Source: a virus. From it: 64,000 bases of DNA. Position 1 is the stretch's first letter, and each line of letters starts with the position of its first letter. The notes under the pieces were generated by a model. The model saw only the letters and a program-made list of their open reading frames with translations. It ran no database searches and had not been told where the DNA came from. This document shows positions 1-9,229 of the stretch, one piece after another. Made by a program: the position numbers and the translations under genes. The stretch is taken from IMG/VR virus record IMGVR_UViG_3300025128_006668, positions 61,402-125,401 of that record; one strand, 5' to 3'.

Positions 1-1
1 A

Positions 2-820
2 GATGATGCCTTAGTAATAAGAGGGGCTAACAAACAGGAGGTCAAGATAAAAGACTTTTTTATACCCTACAAAAAGTATACAAAAGTTCATAAGAAGACA
101 TTTGGAGGAAACTTAGTTTTATCGAAAAAGAAAAATAGTAAGCATAACGAATACACTATAATGATCAAGTGCAAAAAGCATTTCTATTCTCCTTTAGGAT
201 GGATAGGTATGGACATAAACAAATACAACCCTGAGTGGCTTGCCATAGCGGAAGATGCCAAAGATGGTTTCTACAACATACTTCCTAAGCCTGATAATAT
301 TGATAAGATAGAAAAGATTAGAGATGACATAGACAAGATGATCGACAACAAGGAAAGATCATCAGGATCGACTAAGAGAAGAGCAAGATTAAGAAAAGCA
401 AAAGATAGGGCTGTATCAGCGTATAGAAGAGAAATCAAAAAGTTTTTACTCCCGATGTTAGACTTCGTACAGTTATGTCGATTTGGACTTTGCTTAGACG
501 GTGTTGCTACAAAAGGAAGAAGCTTTGGTCAGCAAGAAATAAATTCTATACTTGAGAAAGAATGTATAAAGAGAAACATTCCCTTTGCTATGACAAATCC
601 TAGAATGACTACTAGGTCTTGTTATTATTGCGAAGAGAATAATCCTAGGCCTAAAACCTCTGGGCCAGATGCGGGAGTCTACATTTGTGGAAACCCTCTT
701 TGTCCTAAGTTTGAGTCTAGGGAAATTCCCCATGTAAATGCCGCTAGAAACATAGCAAGGCAGGGTAAGAAACGCTTTCTAGAGTCGGCGGTAGAAGAGG
801 GTATAGCTAGCCCTGCTTAA
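2..820 (+). CDS. TnpB/Cas12f-like RuvC + Zn-ribbon protein, 5'-truncated by the window, possibly nuclease-dead
   Basis: Frame is open from base 2. RuvC-I-like GMDIN, RuvC-II-like LCLDGV, NPRMTTRSCYYC...YICGNPLC Zn ribbon, and C-terminal PHVNAARNIA matching the TnpB (A)DxNAAxNI motif. Confidence 0.75.
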   Translation, partial: DDALVIRGANKQEVKIKDFFIPYKKYTKVHKKTFGGNLVLSKKKNSKHNEYTIMIKCKKHFYSPLGWIGMDINKYNPEWLAIAEDAKDGFYNILPKPDNIDKIEKIRDDIDKMIDNKERSSGSTKRRARLRKAKDRAVSAYRREIKKFLLPMLDFVQLCRFGLCLDGVATKGRSFGQQEINSILEKECIKRNIPFAMTNPRMTTRSCYYCEENNPRPKTSGPDAGVYICGNPLCPKFESREIPHVNAARNIARQGKKRFLESAVEEGIASPA

Positions 821-849
821 GGCTCTACGATAACATAAATAGCTACTAG

Positions 850-930
850 CCTTTCTACTGTCGGGCATATAGTTAAGTGGGCGACCAGCTTAAACTGAGG
901 CAGTACGTAATTCTTATTGGTCGCTTTTAA
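850..930 (+). ncRNA. candidate omega/guide-scaffold RNA with pseudoknot downstream of the TnpB-like gene
   Basis: Stems 856-862/899-905 and 871-877/889-896; loop GCGACCA 881-887 is complementary to TGGTCGC 918-924. Confidence 0.4.
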
Positions 931-941
931 AAGGATGTATA

Positions 942-1487
942 ATGATAAAGCTAGACTTCACAGAAGAGATGGTGAAAAGTGCTAGAGAAAAAGCACAATC
1001 TCTCGGGGCCATAAATAACTCTATACTCAAGGGCGGTGGAAATGTTGCCGGATACCTTGGAGAGGAGGCTCTTGCTCCGTTTATCGGCGCTGAAATAGTC
1101 AGTAACAATAGAGGTCTAGATAAGTACAATCATGACCTACTCCTACAAGATGGTCACAGAATAGAGGTTAAAACAAAAAGGAGGACTGTCGCGCCAAAAC
1201 CTTACTACGACGTATCTGTTGCCAAAACAAGCAAGCACCAACAGCCAGACATATATGCTTTTATTAGTATAGAATTTCAAAGGGCTAGCTCAGGGCATCC
1301 TAAACAATATTTCGGACTAAAGAACATCTGGCTATGTGGATTTATGGGCGCACACGACTACTGGGATATGGCAAAACTGTGGAAAAGTGGACAAATTGAC
1401 AAAAGAAATAACTTCAAAACTCATGTTGACATGTATAATTTAGAGATAGCGGATTTACACAAAGACTTGTCAGGAATACTTGTATGA
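942..1487 (+). CDS. PD-(D/E)XK nuclease-fold protein
   Basis: GEE...HDLLL...IEVKTK motif. Confidence 0.5.
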   Translation: MIKLDFTEEMVKSAREKAQSLGAINNSILKGGGNVAGYLGEEALAPFIGAEIVSNNRGLDKYNHDLLLQDGHRIEVKTKRRTVAPKPYYDVSVAKTSKHQQPDIYAFISIEFQRASSGHPKQYFGLKNIWLCGFMGAHDYWDMAKLWKSGQIDKRNNFKTHVDMYNLEIADLHKDLSGILV

Positions 1488-3343
1488 AATACGTACCTTT
1501 ACACGTGCATAGCGAATACTCATTACTAGACGGATTATCTAAAACATCAGATATTTACAGTCGTCTAGAACAAATAGAAACAGATGCATGTGCCCTAACC
1601 GATCATGGAAGCGTCAGTGGCGCTGTTGATTTTCATAAGACTATATCCAAGGGATACAAACCTATTCTTGGGTGTGAGCTTTATCTTTCCACGCAGAGTG
1701 CAAAAATAAAAGAGCCCGACAATTCTAAGCTTATGCATCAAGTTGTTCTTGCTAAAGACCTAGAAGGATGGAAAAAGCTTCTAGCTCTTGTTTCTCAAAG
1801 TAATCGACCAGATAATTTCTACTACAAACCTAGAATAGGTCTCGATGAGTTCTTGCAGAGCTGCGCATCTGATTACTCCTTAGTATCATTCAGTGGTCAT
1901 TTGGGATCTAGACTTGGGAATTTATGCTTGAACAATGCTGACTGGAGAAGAGATGCCGCAAGAGAGGCAGAGAGGATGCAGGAGTCTTTTGGCAAGGGAA
2001 ACTTTTTTATAGAGATCCAGCTTATAGACTCGCTAATAAATAAAGAAGCAAAAGAAGTTGCAGAGAAGTTAAGAGAGATAGCTAATATAACTAGGATACC
2101 TACTGTTGCCACCCCCGATGCACACTATTGCAGAAGAGAAGATGCTCATGACCAAAGGGTCCTTTTGTGTACTGCCCTTAGGAAAAGCATAGGTGAGATA
2201 CAGAGGGAAATAAAGCAGGGCAAGTCAGCAGCTATGGAAACCTTCTTTAAGTCTGACAACTACCATATTCCTACATATGAAGAAATGAAAGAGCACCATA
2301 CAGATGAAGAGTTAGATAATACTCTAGCTATAGCCGATATGTGTTCTAGCTATGAAATATTAGGGCCTCCTAACCCTCCTGAATTTAAATGCCCTGACGG
2401 AATGTCTCCTAATGATTATCTCCGGGCCTTATGCAGAGATGGTTGGCGCACAAAAATGGCTCATGTAACAAAAGGTGATGAGCTTTTCTTAGGCTATGGG
2501 CAGCGGGTAGATAAAGAGATAGATATTTTTACTGAGACCAATCTCTCTAGCTACTTCTTGATAGTGCGAGATATCGTCGAAGAAGCTACAAAAAGGGGAT
2601 ACCTAACAGGGCCGGGAAGAGGAAGTGCAGCAGGATGCATGGTATCATACCTCATGGACATAACACAGATAGATCCATTAAGATATGATCTTATTTTTGA
2701 GAGATTCTACAATGCCGGACGTAATGCCGGAGGAAGAGTGTCAATGCCTGATATTGACATTGATGTTCCAAAGCAGTCTAGGTCAGAAATAATTGAGTAC
2801 ATCAAAGAACAATATGGCAAAGATAATGTAGCTCAGATTATTACATTTCAGACACTTAAAGGAAGGGCGGCTCTAAAGAGAGTAATGGCAGCAAGAGGCA
2901 ATATAAGCTTTGACGAGCAGAACGCTATTACCTCACACATTATTGATGAAGCCAAGATTTCTGATGAACTACAGGATATGAGAGATGAGCTAGGAACTGC
3001 CTCGGTTATATCTTGGGCTTTAGAGAACAAGTCTGACAGTCTAAGAGAGTGGTGTGAGGTCGGTGAAGACGGGTCTTTAAATGGTAAGCTCTCTAAAATA
3101 TTTGAACAAGCGATACGCCTTGAAGGCACTAAGATTATTCAGTCTAAGCATGCTGCTGGCGTTGTAGTCTCTCCTCAAAGAATATATGATGTATGTCCTA
3201 TGGTCATAGATAGAGAAGAGAAGGGTATGCTAGCTGGCTTCGAAGGTCCTAGCTGCGAAGATGTTGGTCTTCTAAAGTTAGACATACTAGGAATCAAAAT
3301 GCTAGATAAAATTATGGATGTCTCGGAAATTCTAAAAGTATAA
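1484..3343 (+). CDS. dnaE: DNA polymerase III alpha subunit, N-terminal part (PHP + palm/thumb)
   Basis: HVHSEYSLLDG, TDHG, GPGRGSAAG, FERF, MPDIDID, SKHAAG, GLLKLDILG motifs. Confidence 0.95.
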   Translation: MKYVPLHVHSEYSLLDGLSKTSDIYSRLEQIETDACALTDHGSVSGAVDFHKTISKGYKPILGCELYLSTQSAKIKEPDNSKLMHQVVLAKDLEGWKKLLALVSQSNRPDNFYYKPRIGLDEFLQSCASDYSLVSFSGHLGSRLGNLCLNNADWRRDAAREAERMQESFGKGNFFIEIQLIDSLINKEAKEVAEKLREIANITRIPTVATPDAHYCRREDAHDQRVLLCTALRKSIGEIQREIKQGKSAAMETFFKSDNYHIPTYEEMKEHHTDEELDNTLAIADMCSSYEILGPPNPPEFKCPDGMSPNDYLRALCRDGWRTKMAHVTKGDELFLGYGQRVDKEIDIFTETNLSSYFLIVRDIVEEATKRGYLTGPGRGSAAGCMVSYLMDITQIDPLRYDLIFERFYNAGRNAGGRVSMPDIDIDVPKQSRSEIIEYIKEQYGKDNVAQIITFQTLKGRAALKRVMAARGNISFDEQNAITSHIIDEAKISDELQDMRDELGTASVISWALENKSDSLREWCEVGEDGSLNGKLSKIFEQAIRLEGTKIIQSKHAAGVVVSPQRIYDVCPMVIDREEKGMLAGFEGPSCEDVGLLKLDILGIKMLDKIMDVSEILKV

Positions 3344-3361
3344 TAATAAGAGGAGATAATT

Positions 3362-4033
3362 ATGAATAACAGATGGATTATTGTTTTTGACTGGGAAACA
3401 GATGGCCCAGATCCAACTACCTGCAACCCTGTCGAGTTAGCTGCCGTTCCGGTAGACCCTAGAACATTAGAAGTAAAGACAGATCAGGCATTTAAGGCAG
3501 TTATTAAACCTGATGGTATAGACACAGAAGAATATTTCACAAAGTCCCGACAGGATACTATAGCTTGGCACGCTAAGCAAAGAGGAGTTTCCTCAGAAGA
3601 GATTGTAGAAGATTGGAAGTCAGGACAGTCCGAAAAGGTTGTGTGGAAAAACTTTTGTAACTACTGCTCAAAGTATCATGTTGACAAAAAGCCCGGACAA
3701 TGGTTTACCGAACCCGTCCCTTCAGGCTACAACATAATTAACTTTGATATTCCTATAGCAAGAAGATTGGCAAAAAAATACAAGACAAAACTTCCATTCT
3801 CAGAAGTATCTAAGATAGACATGATGGATATACTGTTTATGTGGTTTGAGAATCTAGACGAACCAAGCAGCATGAAGTTAGATGCATTTAGAAAATTCTT
3901 TGGAATGAAAGCTATACAAGCGCACGAGGCATTGTCTGATACGATTGATGAAGCAGAGCTAATGGTTAAGTTTATAAAATTTCATCGAAGACAAGCTAGC
4001 GTAGGTAAGTTCAAAGGGGCATTTGCAAAATGA
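3362..4033 (+). CDS. DEDDh 3'-5' exonuclease (DnaQ/epsilon-like)
   Basis: ExoI FDWET, ExoII GYNIINFD, ExoIII AHEALSD. Confidence 0.88.
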   Translation: MNNRWIIVFDWETDGPDPTTCNPVELAAVPVDPRTLEVKTDQAFKAVIKPDGIDTEEYFTKSRQDTIAWHAKQRGVSSEEIVEDWKSGQSEKVVWKNFCNYCSKYHVDKKPGQWFTEPVPSGYNIINFDIPIARRLAKKYKTKLPFSEVSKIDMMDILFMWFENLDEPSSMKLDAFRKFFGMKAIQAHEALSDTIDEAELMVKFIKFHRRQASVGKFKGAFAK

Positions 4034-4455
4034 AAGTAGGTTTTACTTGCTCATCTTTCGATCTGCTGCATGCTGGTCATATACTAATGCTCAAAGATTG
4101 TAAGGATTACTGTGACCATTTGGTTGTTGGTTTGCAGACAGACCCTACGATTGACAGAAAAGACAAGAACAAACCTATACAAAGTTTCTTTGAAAGATTT
4201 ATACAGCTAGAGGCAGTATCTCATATTGACGAGATATGTGTATATGAGACAGAAGAAGAACTTAAGCAACTTATAAACTATATAAACCCTGACATTAGAT
4301 TCATTGGCATAGATTGGTATGGTAAAGAGTTTACCGACTGCAGAAGTGCAAGGCTTAAAAAATATGAAATGCACTATAATCCGAGATATGGATACTCTAC
4401 AAGCAAACTAAGAAAAGACATATACAAAGCAGAGAAGAAGAGAAAAAATGCGTAG
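4030..4455 (+). CDS. cytidylyltransferase (TagD/glycerol-3-phosphate CTase-like)
   Basis: FDLLHAGH HxGH motif, LVVGLQTD, R.YGYSTSKLR. Confidence 0.85.
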   Translation: MKVGFTCSSFDLLHAGHILMLKDCKDYCDHLVVGLQTDPTIDRKDKNKPIQSFFERFIQLEAVSHIDEICVYETEEELKQLINYINPDIRFIGIDWYGKEFTDCRSARLKKYEMHYNPRYGYSTSKLRKDIYKAEKKRKNA

Positions 4456-6082
4456 TTTTGATTGTGGGTGCGAGTTCGAAGAGCGCGGTGATGGTATAGT
4501 ATTTGATTGCGATATTACCAAACTTCCATTAGATTGCAACGCGACTTGGGACTTAATATGCGAAGGTAATACAAAGGGTGTTTTTCAACTAGAGTCTCAG
4601 CTAGGAAGATCCCTAGCAAAACAAGCCAAACCCAGAAACATAAGCGAGCTCTCTGACCTTATCGCCATCATGAGGCCCGGTTGTCTTGAGGCTATTGTCA
4701 AAGGCAAAAGCCTAACGATGCACTATATAGATAGAAAGAAACATGTAGACCACGTTGAGTACTTCCATGAATCCTTGAGACCTATTCTTGAGAGCACTTA
4801 TGGAATCCTTGTGTACCAAGAACAGGCGATTCTCATTGCTACGGAGATTGCCGGATTTGACCTACAGGAAGCCGACATTCTTCGTAAGGCCATTGGTAAG
4901 AAGAAAACAGATGTTATGGCTAAGGTGAAAAAGTCTTTCTTGCAAAAGGCTGAGAAGAGGGGTATTGTCACGAAAGAAGAGGCTGAGGAAATCTTTTCGT
5001 GGATTGAGAAGTCGCAGAGATACTCTTTTAATAAGTCTCACTCTGTTAGCTATGCTTATAATGCTTACCTGACAGCGTATGCAAAAGCTCATTTCCCTAG
5101 AGAGTTCTTTACCTCTTATCTAAAACATGCGGTAGGCAAGCCTGATACTTTCTTGGAAGTTCAGGAGCTAGTTAACAATGCCAAGGTCATGGGTATAAAT
5201 GTTATGCCTCCTAGTATTATAAACATGAACGAAGAGTTTGGATTAATAAATAACAACCCTACTTATGGTATGACTAACGTTAAAGGAGTCGGCTCCTCTG
5301 TCTTTACTAAAATGAAAAAGGACATGGAGGAGCTTGGGATAAACCCTGCGGAGTGCGACTGGAACTGCTTCTTGCTTTGTGTATCCCCTACTGTGAATAA
5401 GAAAGCTTTTGAGGCACTCATACTGGCAGGATGTTTTGACTGCTTTAAGATGCCTAGAACACAGATGATGCATGAATTTTCTATAATAAAAGAACTTTCC
5501 AAGAGAGAAAAGACTTGGCTTAGATCTTACGCTTTAGAAAAAGACGGGATTACTGTTAGCGAATGCTTAGAAGACATGATAGACGCTTCTATGAACAAAG
5601 ATAAAAATAGACCTATCTTTAGAAAAGACCGTGCCCCTGTCGTGCAAGACTTAATAAATTCATACAGCAATCCGGGCTATTCGCTCACTGATTCTTTTTC
5701 ATGGCTAGCGAAGCAAGAAAATGATTATCTTGGAATATCTCTGACATGTAATAAGGTTGATGAGTATAACACCGATATGTCAAACTGCTCATGCAAGGAG
5801 TTTGTAAATGGTTTTGAGAGTACCCATGGAATAGTTCTGGCTGTGCAGATAGAGAGAGTGAGAGAGTGGAAGATAAAGAACGGTCGTGCTAAAGGTCAGA
5901 AAATGGCATTTGTCACTGCTAGTGATTCCAGCTGCTCAATAGATAATATAACTGTCTTCTCTGACGAATGGGCAAAGTATAAAAAGCTAATATATGAAGG
6001 CAACACTGTGCTACTCAGAGGGTCACGGGACAAAGGAAGAGGCGGTTTTTTATTGAAAAGAGCCGAACAACTAAGAAGTTAG
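4448..6082 (+). CDS. dnaE: DNA polymerase III alpha subunit, C-terminal part (fingers, HhH, OB fold)
   Basis: GNTKGVFQLES, RPG, TYGILVYQEQ, ADILRKAIGKK, YSFNKSHSVSYA, KGVG, KMAFVT. Confidence 0.93.
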   Translation: MRSFDCGCEFEERGDGIVFDCDITKLPLDCNATWDLICEGNTKGVFQLESQLGRSLAKQAKPRNISELSDLIAIMRPGCLEAIVKGKSLTMHYIDRKKHVDHVEYFHESLRPILESTYGILVYQEQAILIATEIAGFDLQEADILRKAIGKKKTDVMAKVKKSFLQKAEKRGIVTKEEAEEIFSWIEKSQRYSFNKSHSVSYAYNAYLTAYAKAHFPREFFTSYLKHAVGKPDTFLEVQELVNNAKVMGINVMPPSIINMNEEFGLINNNPTYGMTNVKGVGSSVFTKMKKDMEELGINPAECDWNCFLLCVSPTVNKKAFEALILAGCFDCFKMPRTQMMHEFSIIKELSKREKTWLRSYALEKDGITVSECLEDMIDASMNKDKNRPIFRKDRAPVVQDLINSYSNPGYSLTDSFSWLAKQENDYLGISLTCNKVDEYNTDMSNCSCKEFVNGFESTHGIVLAVQIERVREWKIKNGRAKGQKMAFVTASDSSCSIDNITVFSDEWAKYKKLIYEGNTVLLRGSRDKGRGGFLLKRAEQLRS

Positions 6083-6112
6083 ATTGAAAACTACGCTATA
6101 ATAAGGTATAAG

Positions 6113-6562
6113 ATGGATCAGCTTATAGAAGAAAATATGGGACTTGTTGTTTCTGTTGTTAATTCTTTTAAACCAAAGAACGCTACAGAGAGGGATGACT
6201 ATACCCAAGCGGGACGGATAGGCCTATGGAAAGCCATAGCAAAGTATCAAGTTGAAAAGGGAGCAGCTCTATCAACGTATGCATGGAATCCAATCAGGTG
6301 GGAAATTATAAAAGAGATAAAGTCTCTAAAGAAGGGCCGATACCTTACACTGTCTTCGGAGCCCGATGGTTATAATTCTAAGGAATCATTTTGGGAGATA
6401 TGCCCAAGCAATATATCCGACGAAGAATGCCATTTGTTAGAGCTTAGAAGAATGGGATATAAGCTAGATGAGGTATGTCAGATAATAGGCAGAAGCAAAT
6501 CGTATGTCAAAAAAACGATATACGGAGCCATTCATAAAATAAGGGAATCAAATGAACAATAG
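6113..6562 (+). CDS. sigma70-family RNA polymerase sigma factor (minimal, regions 2 and 4)
   Basis: LIEENMGLV, DYTQAGRIGLWKA, LSTYA...IRWEI; C-terminal HTH. Confidence 0.85.
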   Translation: MDQLIEENMGLVVSVVNSFKPKNATERDDYTQAGRIGLWKAIAKYQVEKGAALSTYAWNPIRWEIIKEIKSLKKGRYLTLSSEPDGYNSKESFWEICPSNISDEECHLLELRRMGYKLDEVCQIIGRSKSYVKKTIYGAIHKIRESNEQ

Positions 6563-8192
6563 AAAGAAGAGGGTTCTAGTACTCTCAGAATCTCATCACT
6601 TAGCTTCCGGGTTTGGAACTTATGGCAAAGAGGTTATTAGTCGCCTTGTAGATACAGGGAAGTATGATATTGCGGAGTTCGCGTGCTTTGGTCACCCAGC
6701 ACATTCCCATTCGGTTCCTTGGGATTATTATGGTAATATGCCAATGAGTGCAGACGAAGAAAAGCAATATAACACAAGTCCTATAAACTCTTTTGGATAC
6801 TGGAAATTCGACCTTACATGCTTGCACTTTAAACCAGATATCGTAATATCTTATAGAGATCCTTGGATGGATAAATGGTTGTCTCTACATCCGTATAGAG
6901 ATTATTTTCACTGGGCTTGGATGCCGACCGTAGACTCTGCCCCTCAAAGACGAGAGTGGTTAGATATATTTGAAGGCTGCGATGCTATATTTACATACTC
7001 AGAGTTTGGAACAAAGACCCTTTTGGATCAAACCAATGGAAAAATAAATGTTATTGGCTGTGCGTCTCCCGGCATAGATCCTAATCTATTCAAGCCAGTT
7101 GAAGACAAGAAGCAACTAAAGGCAGAGCTAGGGCTACCTGAAGACTGTTTCATAGTCGGAACAGTAATGAGGAATCAAAAAAGAAAACTCTTCATAGAGC
7201 TTATCAAATCTTTTAGAATATTTCTTGACAATGCTCCAAAAGAAATAGCCGAAAAAACATACTTGTATCTGCACACTAGCTATCCAGAAAAAAGCGGCTG
7301 GGACATAGGTGGAGCGCTAGTAGAGATGGGAGTCGCATCACGAACATTTGTAACATACTGCTGTAGAAATTGTGGCGAATGGTTTACTACCAAGTTTAGA
7401 GATGCTATAACAACGTGCAAGTATTGTGGGGCAAGATCTGCGTATATGCCACATGTAAGTCACGGATTAGATGTTCCAGACCTAATAAAAGTCTACAACT
7501 TATTTGACATATATGTTCAGTATGCTATCTGCGAAGGCTTTGGGATGCCGCAAGTGGAAGCTGCCGCATGTGGTGTTCCTGTCGCTGCGCCTAACTACAG
7601 CGCAATGGAAGATGTTGTAAGACACACTAAGGGAATACCTATAGATATAGCCTGCAAGTTTAGAGAGATGGATACGGGAGCAGACAGGATTTATCCCTGC
7701 AACAAGCATCTAGCTAAAATACTGGAAGACTTCTTCTCGTCTAGCGAGGAGGAAAGAAATAAGAAGAGTGTCGAGGCAAGAGAAGGCGCAATCAAAAGAT
7801 ATAATTGGGACGACACAGCTAAGGTATGGGAGAAGTACTTGGATAGTTATACGCCTACTGGACTTCAAGGAGAGTGGGGATCTCCTCCAAGATTCAAAAC
7901 CCCTGTTGAGCAAATTCCAGACTTGCCTAACAACACTGACCTTACCAGATGGCTTTTGGCAAACGTGGAGCAATCTGAAGATAAAGTATTCTCAAAGCAG
8001 TCGGCAGATTTTTCTGCTGCTTTAAACTTTGGTGCAATGCTGCAGGGAGGACTAGAGCCTATGGACAGAGAGAAGCTTATAAATATAGCTAAGTCAAATG
8101 CTCAAGCTTATAATAAAGCAGAGAATATAAGAGTCTCCAATGTCGAAATACCAGTGCCTAATTTCTACAGAAAGGCTGAAGCGAACAAATGA
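6552..8192 (+). CDS. GT-B (GT4-like) glycosyltransferase with Zn-finger insertion
   Basis: SGFG, VGTVMRNQKRK, EGFGMPQVEAAACGVPV; CCRNC...CKYC insert. Confidence 0.88.
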   Translation: MNNRKKRVLVLSESHHLASGFGTYGKEVISRLVDTGKYDIAEFACFGHPAHSHSVPWDYYGNMPMSADEEKQYNTSPINSFGYWKFDLTCLHFKPDIVISYRDPWMDKWLSLHPYRDYFHWAWMPTVDSAPQRREWLDIFEGCDAIFTYSEFGTKTLLDQTNGKINVIGCASPGIDPNLFKPVEDKKQLKAELGLPEDCFIVGTVMRNQKRKLFIELIKSFRIFLDNAPKEIAEKTYLYLHTSYPEKSGWDIGGALVEMGVASRTFVTYCCRNCGEWFTTKFRDAITTCKYCGARSAYMPHVSHGLDVPDLIKVYNLFDIYVQYAICEGFGMPQVEAAACGVPVAAPNYSAMEDVVRHTKGIPIDIACKFREMDTGADRIYPCNKHLAKILEDFFSSSEEERNKKSVEAREGAIKRYNWDDTAKVWEKYLDSYTPTGLQGEWGSPPRFKTPVEQIPDLPNNTDLTRWLLANVEQSEDKVFSKQSADFSAALNFGAMLQGGLEPMDREKLINIAKSNAQAYNKAENIRVSNVEIPVPNFYRKAEANK

Positions 8193-9229
8193 GAAAAAGT
8201 ATTTTAACAATAAGTCCATATTCAGAAATTTCTGAGATTGGAAGAAAATCGGTAACCGTTTGTTCTAATATACACTCGATAGATTCTGTTAGAGCCGTTC
8301 ATAAGAACGCTATTGATCCTACATTAGGTCAGAATCCTAAGATTCTTATTATGAATAACTCAGCTGCAAAAAAATATGACCTGTGCGTGCAGCATGTGAT
8401 GCCGCATCTAATAGCAAAGGTAGACATTCCCACGTTTTCTTTTTACGAGCCGAATTCTTATGGTAACCAGTCTTTTGATTCTTGGCTCCAGTGTACCGAT
8501 AGCATAGTAGTCAGATCAGAAGAGCAAAAAAAAGCACTTTCAGAAAGAGTGCGACAAAGAGCAATCGTGATACCTCCATCTATAGATCATGGAGCTAAGA
8601 TTGGCTATAAGCAAGTGCTTGATGAATTCACATTCTTTGTGCCAAATGGTAAGTATAACGGCAACAACGCAGACGTGCTTATGGCATACCTTATGGAGTT
8701 TGGGCAAGAAGAGTCTGTTAGGTTAGGCATTATGTCAGCCAACCCGCAGGCAACTATAGACGAAATACATGCTTTGAAAACAGGTATGTGTCTTTACGCT
8801 AAGGACTTATTTCCGGAAATTAAGATATACACAGACATAGCTACAATGATGAACGAGGGCTGTTGCTGTATAGATGTTGTTTCATCTCTATCTTATCAGC
8901 CAACTACTCTTCTTAGCATGGCTCAAGGGAGTCCTTCTATCATGCTCAAAAACTCGTGTCTCGCAGAGTGGATGCCAGAAGAACTCTACTACCCCGTAGA
9001 AAGCTACAGAGATGTCTGTAAATTCACGGAAAATAGACCAATAGAAATCCAGCCTGCGCGATGTGAGATACACTATCCCATAGTGAAAAGCATAAGACAA
9101 CAGATGAGAAAAGCATACGAAGATAGACTAGGCTTCCTAAGCAAGCAAAAGAAAATTAGAAAATCTTTGTTAGATATTTTTGGACAGGAAAAATTTGAAA
9201 AAGAGTTTAAGGAAAAAATATGTTCGTAG
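8189..9229 (+). CDS. divergent glycosyltransferase-like protein
   Basis: Weak GT-B features (LLSMAQGSPSI, IRQQMRKAYE) and gene context. Confidence 0.45.
   Translation: MRKSILTISPYSEISEIGRKSVTVCSNIHSIDSVRAVHKNAIDPTLGQNPKILIMNNSAAKKYDLCVQHVMPHLIAKVDIPTFSFYEPNSYGNQSFDSWLQCTDSIVVRSEEQKKALSERVRQRAIVIPPSIDHGAKIGYKQVLDEFTFFVPNGKYNGNNADVLMAYLMEFGQEESVRLGIMSANPQATIDEIHALKTGMCLYAKDLFPEIKIYTDIATMMNEGCCCIDVVSSLSYQPTTLLSMAQGSPSIMLKNSCLAEWMPEELYYPVESYRDVCKFTENRPIEIQPARCEIHYPIVKSIRQQMRKAYEDRLGFLSKQKKIRKSLLDIFGQEKFEKEFKEKICS

Noticed and set aside
3200-4560. Split intein or group I/II intron in dnaE
   Set aside because: No intein N-terminal block or HN-C/S/T junction is visible, and the gap is fully occupied by two tightly coupled genes, leaving no room for a ribozyme core.
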